Shown here: piece by piece, positions 50,465 to 64,000 of the stretch | How positions within the stretch are numbered: the stretch's first letter is position 1 | Layout: each line of letters starts with the position of its first letter | Translations under genes and position numbers: made by a program | The notes under the pieces: model-generated | Seen by the model: the letters and a program-made list of their open reading frames with translations, nothing else | Told to the model about the DNA's origin: nothing | Database searches by the model: none | Assembly (NCBI RefSeq): GCF_009914755.1 | Contig: NC_060928.1 | Strand: one strand, 5' to 3' | Origin: the human T2T-CHM13v2.0 reference genome, Homo sapiens | DNA: 64,000 bases

Positions 50465-51061
50465 TGTAAATTAGTTCAACTATTGTGGAAGACAGTGTGG
50501 TGATTCCTCAAGGATCTAGAATCAGAAATACCATTTGACCCAGCAGTCCCATTACTAGGTATATACCCAAAGGAATATAAATCGTTCTACTATAAAGACA
50601 CATGCACATGTATGTTTATTGCAGCACTATTTACAATAGCAAAGACATGGAATCAATTCAAATGCCCATCAATGATAGACTGGATAAAGAAAATGTGGTA
50701 CATGTACACCATGGAATACTATGCAGCCATAAAAAGAAATGAGATAATGTCCTTTGCAAGGACACGGATGAAGCTGGAAGCCTTCATTCTCAGCAAACCA
50801 ACACAGGAACAGAAAACCAAACACCGCATGTTCTCACTCATAAGTGGGAGTTGAACAGTGAGAAGACATGGACAGAGAGTGGGAAACAACATACACCAGG
50901 GCCCGTAGGGGGGTGGGGTGTGAGGGGAGGGCACTTAGAGGACGGGTCAATAGGTGCAGCAAACCACCATGGCACACGTATACCTATGTAACAAACCTGC
51001 ACGCTCTCCACATATATCCTTCTCTTTTTTTATGGAAGAAAGAAAGATAGAAAAAAAAAAA
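50465..51061 (+). mobile_element. L1PA8A/PA10-like 3' end
   Basis: tgtaaattagttcaac...cacttagaggacgggtcaataggtgcagcaaaccaccatggcac; flanked by aaaaaagcca on both sides. Confidence 0.9.
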
Positions 51062-51279
51062 GCCATAAGGCCTCCAAAGCAGTGTTTAAATAGTTCCTTA
51101 TTATTTTCATTGGTAGCACAAACCATGTTGAATAACAGGCCCAGGATTTAATTTTTAGACTGCCAAGAATTCTGAATGATTAGCCTGGAGAAGTATCATT
51201 TGCCAATATGAGGATGTTGATAGGAGTATGTTGGGAGCTTGAGACATTTGAGGGATATTTTGTTAAACAAGTCTAGGAA

Positions 51280-53400
51280 TTTTGAACTTCAGATCCTCTG
51301 AATTCTCTGGGCTGAGACAGAACTCCCCTCTCCTTGCTGTAGGAGAGACGGTTCCTTTCTTCACAAGATCCTGAAAACGTCTTAGCTGAGGCAGATAGTT
51401 CATTGGCCAAAGCTTATCTTTCTCAAGATCCATTCCTGACCCCACAATATAATCACTAGGGTCACATCTCAGCATAACGCAGCAGGGAAATGCAGTCCTT
51501 TTGTTGGGGGAAAGACGACAACAACAACAACAACAACAACAACACAGGCTGAAAGAGTTAAAGGTCCTGGCAATATATGCTGGTAGAAAACTTATGGGAG
51601 TGGAACTTGAGGACATTGAACCAGGGTTAAAGGTAAAATATAAGGCTTAATAAGAGATATTTGTTGATGTAGGATTAGTGCCTCATGATTTGAGGTTTAA
51701 TATCTTAGCATCTTAAGTCATTCTCAATTTGTTGTTAAAAGGTTCTTTGAAACATGAACTTGCCAAAGACCCACAGTGAACGAGATACTGGTACTATCTG
51801 AGGAAGGCGTCAAAAGGACGATGAATTTGGGAATTTTATAATGGAGTTGCTTTGTGAGACTGGAAAACCCACCACTTCAACATATTCCCTGAAAAGACTC
51901 AGGTGACTTTTGCTTCACTAAGGCCATAAGAAATACATTGGTAAGGGAGTTACTGGCATCTGTAAGGCAGTCAGTGATAGATGACTGCTGCAGTCCAGGC
52001 TAACAGTAGGACATGCTGTTATGAAACTGTTTATATATACATATATTAAAGGGATGAATAAGATTCTGGAGTGGCAGAGGCTACAAGGTGACACTTAATT
52101 GTTAGAAGAAAGATAGTAAAGAATAATTTATGTGGTGCATATCAGCCAAACTGTCTCCTTTGCCAAGGGTGGAGACTATATATGTGTCCAAGAACACAGG
52201 CTCCATTGCATCTATAAACTGGCTGAATGCCCAGTTTTCTAATAGTAAAGTTAATTGGTGAGCTCTCAATGTGGAACCATCTTTTGTGAAAATAAGCTAT
52301 CAGTTTGTGGAAGTTGATTACACAAACATTTTCACAATGGAGGGTGAAAGGCATTAATTCATTCTTACTGGAATTGGCACTTATGATGGATATGGTTTTA
52401 CTCCCTTAGCCCATAGTTTCAGAGGGCTAACAGACATGGGATCTTATAACCTTGCCTCAGCCCACATGACCTCTTTAAAGGCAAGGAGGTGAGATAATGG
52501 GCATCACAGGGTCCACTAATCCTACCTCCTACTCTATCATCTGGTAGTGGCTGCTATAATATAATAATGTGTTGGTTTATTAAAGGATCATTCAATGGCT
52601 AGCTCAGTTTTAAAGTTCTGTGTTCAGGACATTGTCCTATTTGGGGGGCAATATATGCACTGAACCATAGCCATGTATCCAAAAGCTAAAATGCTATAGT
52701 GTAAATCAAGTAGAGGAAGTAGTATTAACCATCTCATCATCATCTCTAGGGACGCAATTGAAATTTTTTCCTCCTGTCTTTGCAACCCTTGGTTCTGCTG
52801 GATTGGAAGTTCTTGTTCTTCCACCAAGTGATTTATTACGATTTCTATTTAACTTGAATGACAAATACTGCCCTTTCACTTTTTCTCTCTATGCCACTAG
52901 AAAAGATGACAAAGAAAGGAGTTACTATATGGCAATGGCCATTGGTACTGATTATCATGAAGGGGTGAAGCTGCTTCTATATTATAGGAAGAAGTAACAG
53001 TATTCCTTGAACTTGAGAAATTTATCTGAGTGTGTCCTGGTGCTTTTATACTTAGTAGTATATTAGTATACTTAATACTTAGTATACTAATAATATTAAT
53101 AAGTGTAAGTATTATAGAAGTATTAATACTTACACTTATTAGTATATTAGTATACTTAATAGTAACAATGGAGAAAAGTCTGTTGCAGCAACCATGCCTT
53201 ACAGGGCCTCAGTAACCTCAAATGTGAAGTTCTGGGTCACTCCCACCAAGCAAGCACCAAGATCAGCTGAAGTACTAACTGAGGGTGAGGAAAATCTAGA
53301 ATGAGTGGTGGAAGGTGAGGATGATGAATATCAAAGATAACCTTGGGACCAGGAGCAGCAGAATTATCTCACTAACCTTCCAATACTAAATGTTTTATAA
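51280..53400 (+). mobile_element. ERVL-class internal remnant (gag and integrase-like parts; no RT seen)
   Basis: WEWNLRTLNQG..NIRL at ~51595 resembles ERVL gag (EWILRVWDNGGRNIKL); FILTGIGTYDGYGF at ~52358 resembles ERVL integrase (FVLTGIDTYSGYGF). Confidence 0.75.
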
Positions 53401-55239
53401 AGACGGTGGCCTGTCTCTTCCCTGCACTTTGGTTTTGTACCTGTGTGCTTGAGTTAACGCCACTAAGCGCACATCTCAACCAGAAAGAAGTAGATCCAGT
53501 GGATAGATGCTTCTCAAGGTCAATCCTGATTCTGATAAGCATTGTCTTTCCTCAGACTCTCCTGAGCAAGAAGGAACTCTAGTTGCTTTCAGCGTAGACT
53601 TCAGTAATAGCACTTCGAGTAGCATTTTTTTCTTCTTTTATTGTCTTTCTTCATTTATTTTCAGGTTCTGCTTTCAGATGAATTCCTTAAAATTGTCTGT
53701 TATAAAAAGCAGTATTTATATTGAACCCAAAAATGCTGCAAAGGCTACAGACAATGCCGAAAGGTAGGAATTTTATGAGGAATATCAAGGTAGCAGTGTC
53801 TGTAATTGTCAGTTGTTTTGGTTACCAGGGCCAGACTGCTCCCATGGGCTTATCTGTAAATACCTTTCAATTCAGAATATTTATATTTCCAGTTTCCTTC
53901 TTTTTCTCAATTATATATCTTCAATAGTTTTTCCTACCAAAAAGAAATATTCGGCACAAACTATCTGACTTTCATTTGCAAGCCATTTTATGACTTTGTG
54001 TTATATAAATAACGAGATTTTTCATTAGACGAATGGAACTAGAAAAAGTGCCTTGTCAAAACTGCAACTTTTGACAGTTAGCCTTTCCCCACTATGAATT
54101 AATTACATGAAACAACTTCACAAAAATTTTTTCAGATGTGATTATTTCTTTAGAACTTTCTAAGAGATGTGAGAATCAAAAATGTATTCAGATTCAGATA
54201 CATATTTCCTCGTATTTGGCCTCCTTCATAAGCTTCTACCATTTAATAGTGATGGCAAATTAAAGTATACTTTAGTAAAATTCATGGTGCAAATATGAGA
54301 GCAACTGAGCAACTCTTAAATTAGTTGGGCTCTATTTGTTTTCTTACTTTTTCTTCCCTTAGAATACTTCAGAGATAACATAAAAAAGGGGAAGTTGACA
54401 TGTTCACACATTTTCTGTTGTTGAATAAAATAATGTTATTACAGATCATCAGAATCTTTTTCATTCGGGTGATTCTTACGGTGATACTTGGTAATATCTG
54501 AGAGCTGAATTATATAACACAGTGAATTCCATGGAAAATGTGTTGAGTTGTAACACAGACTGTAAGTGGACCATATTTAGCAGGCAGGACAATCATCACA
54601 GTCACATTATTTTCATATTGCACATATTCCATCATGCTTTGAAAGCAACATTTAAAATGCAGAGCAGAAATGCGACATAATATTTATGTCTTCATAAATA
54701 TTAAGCCTTCATACAATTCAGTCATTATATTTTTAGTCATATTAAAAGGGACATAACTATATTCTATAATAAAAATTATTACTTCCAGTATAACTTACAG
54801 CAGTCAAATCTATATCATTTGTTGAGTCAAAACTCTATCAATTTAAGTAGAATAAAAATCTAAGAAAGCACAAAATTATATATGGATTTGATTGGGTGTG
54901 AGAATATTAAGGTTTACCTAGATGTTGTTTCATAATCTTTTGTTTCCTCACATTTCTGTATAAAGCAGTTTTGTTAATAATCAGTTTTAATGTGTAACAA
55001 GAATATTTAGGTGGAAAATTAAGATATTATTCTATGTTGCACTGTGTTACATTGGAAACTATTAAAATCACAATATAGTTTAAAATACAAAAAGAAAAAT
55101 TTATTCCCTAACCAAATCTTTGGAGACATAATCAGTGTAACATTTTAGATTGCATTTGAAATATGTTCAGAACATCAAATATCACTGTGGAGAGTTTTAT
55201 TCCAACATTAGAGAACAGGCAAGTTTCAAATTTGTATCT

Positions 55240-55410
55240 CCTACCCTGATTTTTTCAAGAATTCCAGATGAGTTTATTTGACTGCATGTTTGTCATCTCT
55301 GATTTGCTGTACAACAGGCATCTCAAAATTAACATGGCCAACACTGCACTTAATTATCCCCTGACCTACCAGTCCCACAGTCTCCCCCAAGTTACCACTA
55401 ACCAGTCTCT
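55240..55410 (+). mobile_element. L2 fragment (continues ~57400-58140 after the L1 insertion)
   Basis: acaggcatctcaaaattaacatggccaa; downstream ttgaactactgcaacagcctt..taa...gatcctttt.aaaacataaa. Confidence 0.7.
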
Positions 55411-55429
55411 CAAATTTAAAACTATATAA

Positions 55430-57350
<1,921 letters not shown>

Positions 57351-58650
57351 AAATTGAAATATATAATTTATCTCTGATTTACATATTCTAAAAAAGTATC
57401 CAATACATAATCTATTTGCAAATGCTGCAAACTCACAAGTATATCTGAAATCACCTACTCCTCCATGCCCTTATAACAAGGCACCCTAGCTGATGTCTCT
57501 GGCTTGAACTACTGCAACAGCCTTTTAATCATTTTTCTCTTTTCCTTTACTTAATCTGTTTGAATCTAGAAAAAGTTGATCCTTTTAAAAACATAAACCA
57601 CATCATTACATACTTTTTCTTAAAATTATTCAATGTTTTTCATCAATATTGAAATTCAATGGAAACTTATAACTGCAGCAAATTAACTCCAATCGATCTA
57701 TTCTTAGCATACCTGATCAACTTCCTTCCCTATATCATCATGCTTCACATCCACCAGTGTATAGAGTTACTTCTCTTTTATTTCTTTCAACTTCCTGTTC
57801 ATTCCCAACTGATACTTTTCCATCTGTGGTTTCTTATTCCTAGACTATTATTACCCCTCATTTCTAATGTCTAGTTTCTCTTGGGTGCAATTTTCTTTTA
57901 ACATTCATTGGGTAACAGTCAGATTCTTGCTAAGCAAACAAGTCACTTTAAAACACTTCATATTATTCTTTATTAAATAGGTGTATCCCAATTTTACACT
58001 GTCCATTCTAGATAGCTAGCTAGGCATCATCTACCTGTCATTCATTTGTTAAGCAAGCAACCTGAGAAAGGATCTTAGCTTGTCTTGTAAAGCAATGTAT
58101 CTCAGAACATAGTAAGTGTGTATAAGTATCTGTAGGTTGATTTCAGGATGCATTTCCTTCTAGCTCTTATCACTACTAAAGTGCTTTGTTATTGGAAAAC
58201 AAAGCACTTCTATTAAGTCCCACAAAGTGGAAAATAGTTTATTAAGACGTATCAACTTTTTTGTATTTCTAATATCCCAGGTGATGCTCAGTATATTAAG
58301 GGACACAATAACATATGTTTTTTAAGGTAACTACATTTGAAACCAATTAATCTAGTTTAATGTAGGTGATCAACACACCATTAGGAAATCATTGCATTCA
58401 TATGTTTATATACATGACAAATATTATCAAACTAGTGTTTTGAGATGCAAAAGGCAATATTCTCTTATAAGATTCATGAGTCCATTAAGCTGGTACTAAT
58501 TAAAATACATATCTATATCCATAAAAGTCAAATTCATAATTTATGTATTCAAGTTAAAAATTCTAATTCAGAATTCAAATGTATGTTTATATAGATTTAT
58601 AAGGCATTTACCTAATGCTTTTTCATAATTTAGACTAAAACCTGATTCTA

Positions 58651-59034
<384 letters not shown>

Positions 59035-59161
59035 TCACTCGCCTGGTCTCTGCCTTCATCAGGAAGACTGTTAATATTCCTTCTCTACATTGCAGAAGCT
59101 GAGAGTTCAGTATGTTAGGTTATACATGAAATTACCTAAAAATTCACAAAGTGAATTAATT

Positions 59162-59475
59162 GTTGGAAAGACTAGCTTGAGGATTGAAGAAAATTAACAT
59201 CTATTTTATAATTTTATATAAGATACTGCTATTTACATATCTTAAGACATACATTAAGAATTTCTGTTCTGTTCCTTATCACAGACATCTGTCCTAACCA
59301 TAGCATTTTCCCCTCAAAGTTGGAAAGACTAGCTTGAGGACTGAAGAAAATTAACATCTATTTTATAATTTTATATAAGATACTGCTATTTACATATCTT
59401 AAGACATACATTAAGAATTTCTGTTCTGTTCCTTATCACAGATTTCTGTCCTAACCATAGCATTTTCCCCTCAAA
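59162..59475. repeat. Two-copy 157-bp tandem duplication
   Basis: 59162-59318 and 59319-59475; 3 mismatches by manual alignment. Confidence 0.95.
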
Positions 59476-60069
59476 TTTATAACTTTGTTTACATAGAGAA
59501 TGGGATGTGTTAATTCAGAATAAATTCTCCCATAACTGAAAAAAATTTTAACAATGTGTAAAATACAAACGAGGCAAGGAATAATAAGAAATTAAGACTA
59601 TAACAGGATTATAAGACCTCTTACATTTTAATGTAATTTTTGAAACTAAATTTTTCTAGGAGTGTTTTTACAAGCAAATACTTAGTATGAAGTTTGAATT
59701 CCATAGAATGTTAATGCTATTTAATATCTAAATCAACTTGCTAAATAAGTCACATGCCATTTACTCATTATACAATAATGAATGCTTTTCAAGTAAAAAG
59801 CTTAAAACACCAAAATAAGAAAAAGTGACTTTAAATTTGAGGAATATGAGGAAGCTATGACAAAGGAACCATTCATGATTGTTTATACTTACCATGTTTT
59901 GTTTCCTTAAATAATTCAGGATTTCTAATTTCTAATGGAAGGCTTTCAATCCTATGGCATCACAGACATATTGTACGGATTCCTGTGACTTTGTAAGAAG
60001 CATTATATAGCATTATAAATTAAATGACAGTGAATATGCTATCATATTGGTAATAAAATCTGTAAAAAT

Positions 60070-60389
<320 letters not shown>

Positions 60390-61722
60390 TTATATTTTCT
60401 TCCTCTGAATTTTTAATAAGCATATAAATGGGCAAAGTTCCTTCTAGTACTGCCTCATATGTGTTTAGTTATTTTGGACTTCTCTTATATCATAGATTTT
60501 AAACCCCTCAAGGTCTTAATTTTAAGCATTTTCCCCTCTTTGTTATTGAATTCCATGTTTAGTAATTGCAAATATATTTTGTTCAATCATTCCAATTAAA
60601 GACTCAACATAGAAGAATTTTAAACAATGTAAATATATTATCGTTTTCATTAGTTACTTTGCCTAGGTACTGATGAACACGCAAAAAAAAATCATGATTA
60701 CAACTGTCTCCTAAGTAGCTATCATTCTGATCTTAATTGATATGAAAAATGTAAGCATCACACAAACCTATTTATTATATAACATTATTATTTACATCTT
60801 TTTAAATTAAAGTTGAATTAGTATGTTTATAAAGTGATATTTAGATTTATTTTCATTTAAATAACAAAATATCATCAATCTATTATTTAAGTTATAATCT
60901 GTTAAAAGCATTTAAAGTAAAATAAGACAACTGAAATATATAAATTACTAAAGAAAGAAAATAAGAAAAAGAATACACTAAAACTTAAAGAAGACCAAAA
61001 AAAATTCGGATGACAATTTATTATTTTCCACACATTGTATATTGATGCTATACTGTAGGTTTACTGTAGGAAGGGCATGTAAAATTAAAGATGTGAAATG
61101 ACAGTTGATCAAATCTTCTGCTGTAAGACCTAATCTTTCATCAATCCTTTCAACAAAAATGAAAGCTAATATTAAGAAATATTGAGAGAGTATCCCTGAG
61201 AAATAATAATCTAAAGCTGATACCAAAATCTGTCAGCCACTAAACTATGATTAAATATATTAGGTCAAGCACTGTTTTATTAGCCATATTACAAGGGAGA
61301 TGACATATTGAAAATCTTTAACACCAGTTTCGTGTCAGTAGTGAAAAATCTTATGTTAACCTGAAATCAACCTCTCCCTTCCAAGAGTTATTTATCACAT
61401 AGAATAGATTGAAGTTGGTGACCAGATGCCCAGTAAGGTAGATTGATTTTGACAGAATACTGCCTGGATAAAAAGTGAGGCAGACAAGAAAGTGGATTGG
61501 CACCTAGCTAGACTGGAGCCTGGTTTAAGAAACTGGGAATTTTTAGCCACTTAGGGAGAATGAAGTGTGAAATCCTTTGAGGGTTGCCATAAAATATCGT
61601 GCAGCTGCATTAGTGCACAAAGGCAGCCAGCTAGTGGGGTAAGAAGGAGTCTAAAGTGCTGAAATCCCTGAACTCATTCTAGGCACAAGCCCTTAGTACA
61701 TAACTTCCACTGTAAATGGGGA

Positions 61723-61747
61723 GTGTGTGTGTGTGTGTGTGTGTGTG
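61723..61747. repeat. (TG)n microsatellite
   Basis: Direct reading. Confidence 0.9.
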
Positions 61748-62354
61748 TTTCTTTAGCCAAATATCCATGGATAAAAAATAAAGGCTCTGAGAGAAGAACA
61801 ATTCCTGCTTTAAATCCCTTTTATAATACTGGTCCAGGGTGAATTAACAAATGTAAATCATGTTTTTTGTTCTATTGTCCACTCACAATTATATCTATTA
61901 TGGTCATCACTTATCAAAAATGCTAAAGAGAATTATTTGTTGAGTGGTTCTCTTTTATGAGTCTAGTTCATTTTAAAGTCCAGTTCTCAAGTGGTAAATG
62001 TATACTGTAAACTTTGAGCACTTTATTTTATCAGAACTCTTCCAGATTGCATTTTGATAACATTGTATCTGATATGTATAATTAACTATTATGTATGTCT
62101 ATATTTAGTTTTTGATATTTTTGAATAAACCTCTAAATACATAGAGAAGTCAGTGTAGAAGTTCTGTCAACATTCCTTTGCCAAATAAGTAAACATGAAC
62201 CTAAAATTACAGAGACTTTAGAAGCTATATACTAAGGATGGTTTGCCTGATTATGACAATCACTGTGCAAAAGCTGGTGGTTTTGTATAGCTTCAGTTGT
62301 TAACAATCATATTGACCTTTTTAGTATTCTGATTTACAGCTTCACATAATCTGG

Positions 62355-62672
62355 AAATAGAATTTCTCACAGTTTTAGAGTTGGGAATGTCCAGTCAGGT
62401 TATTTGCATGATTGGGTCCTGGTAAAGGAAAACTTTCTGGCTTGAGCAAGGCTACTTTCTCGCTGTGTCCTCACATAGTGGAGGGAGAGAGAAAGAACAA
62501 GCTCTCTAGTGTCTCTTTTTATAAGGGCACAAATTCCATCCTGAGTGCCCCAGCCTCATGACGGCATCTAAATGTAGTTACTTCTCAAAGGCCTCCACCT
62601 CCTAACACCATCACCCTGGGTGTTAGGGCTTCAACATATGAATTTGGGTTGGAACACAATTCTGTCCTTATA
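62355..62672 (-). mobile_element. MaLR LTR, MLT1A-like
   Basis: tttctcacagtt...ctcgctgtgtcctcacat.gtggag...ttataagggcac.aattccat...ttagggcttcaacatatgaatttggg. Confidence 0.85.
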
Positions 62673-64000
62673 TATGTTTACATTTACATATATATGATTT
62701 GTTTTAATGTAGCCTACCTTCCTCTCTTTTCTAAACATCGCTAATTTAAAACTGAATTCATCTCTTCCAGCATATGGAACAAGACATGAATATTTTTAGA
62801 CCGATTTCTTCAAAGTTTTAGGACAGATGTTTTCAGAACTCTGACTTTTAACAATTTTTTGGAACCTTCTGGGACTTAAGTCTGTGGGAGTGTAGCTTTG
62901 GGCCAAACAATCTGAGCTGCCTTTCTCAGTTTATTTCTCAACTGAAGAAAAGGAAGATTTAGAAACTTGCTGTGTGTGGTTGCGTGTAAACGGGTGTGTG
63001 TTGTAATTTTCTTTTGCTTCAAACTCATTTGAATTATGTCATTTTGTTTAAAATGACCTTTAGATTACTTCAAAACCAGAACCATTTTTCATGATTGCTA
63101 GGGTGATTGTAGGAACTGAGAAAGAAAAATCTGCCCCACACTGATTTTCCTTGGAATAAAGGGTGTTTTAGGTTGAAGGAGAAATTAAGAAAGCAGTTTC
63201 TCTGTGCAAGGATAGGATTAAGTTGACTTCCAAGCTGTAGTCCTCTGTTAACTGTTTCCAGAAATGTCATTTAAAAATTTAGTCATATAGATAAAGTCAC
63301 TTCTCATGAATTATGTCTCTTATACCTAGGCGTTTGTTTTTCTTCTTTAAGTAGTTTATACTTTGTTCCTAATTTAGTTCAAAAATGAAAAGTAACTTAA
63401 AAGGCTCATCAGAGCACGTTGTAAGAATGTTCCTCATGGATTATCTGAAATGTGAATGATGAACTGCTATAATACACTGTTATGGCTTCATAAGCTTAAT
63501 CAGAATCCCCTTTAACCTGGAATATGTTGGCTGCTTGAATCCTGCCTCTGCTAGAAGTTTTCTGGACAGGCTATCTCTCAGTGAAGTTAGACTCTTTTCT
63601 TCACAGTGTGGGTGACATGTATATCAGCAGAATTGTTAAAGCTCAAAGTAAGGTGACAGCTGCCAAACTTGCGAAGTTGAGATTTCATCTCCATTACCAG
63701 TAGATGAACTGTTTCCTGGGTCTCTTATTAAGGTCAGCCTGACTCAGTAGCCTGTAACCTCCTTGAAGCCAGTCTACTTTCTCTCTTTTTTTTTTCCTAT
63801 CTTTTTAATTGGTATTGTCTGTTAACCAGATAAGTGCCATAAACTAATTTTGGTCTAGGGACAGATATCAGAATTGAATCCTATGTAATATGTCTATATA
63901 TCTTAAAATTTAAATTTTGTTGCAAATAATCATTTCTTTTGATTTTCTGGAGTATAGTATCTGGGTCCTTTATAGACAATTGTTAATACTTCAAAGACAT

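Noticed and set aside
58179-58209. 12-bp inverted repeat aagtgctttgtt/aacaaagcactt (similar small palindromes at 3168-3187 and 13235-13248)
   Set aside because: Too short for a pre-miRNA or MITE and no supporting context; not a terminator in a eukaryotic setting

Overview
This is primate, human-like, AT-rich and CpG-depleted genomic DNA, either intergenic or deep intronic. It is dominated by transposon fossils: 11 Alus, L1PA/PB/MA/MC/M and HAL1 fragments, MaLR/ERVL/ERV1 LTRs, MIR/L2, MER5A, MER20 and MADE1, plus microsatellites. I found no credible protein-coding gene, RNA gene or CRISPR array, and the ORF track is mostly repeat-derived noise. Subfamily names are recalled from consensus sequences and need a RepeatMasker/Dfam check. 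Three things stand out. (1) A very decayed retrovirus-like internal region on the minus strand (~10.0-14.1 kb) combines a class III/ERVL-type reverse transcriptase, a tether plus second RNase H, a Gypsy-type integrase with a GPY/F motif, and a Cys/N-glycan-rich env-like tail; both catalytic cores appear deleted. (2) Two locally templated insertions (170 bp direct, 93 bp inverted) both sit inside (TA)n tracts. (3) There are several other structural scars: tandem duplications, a fold-back mosaic, and twin-primed L1s. I cannot support a new functional biological system from the sequence alone.
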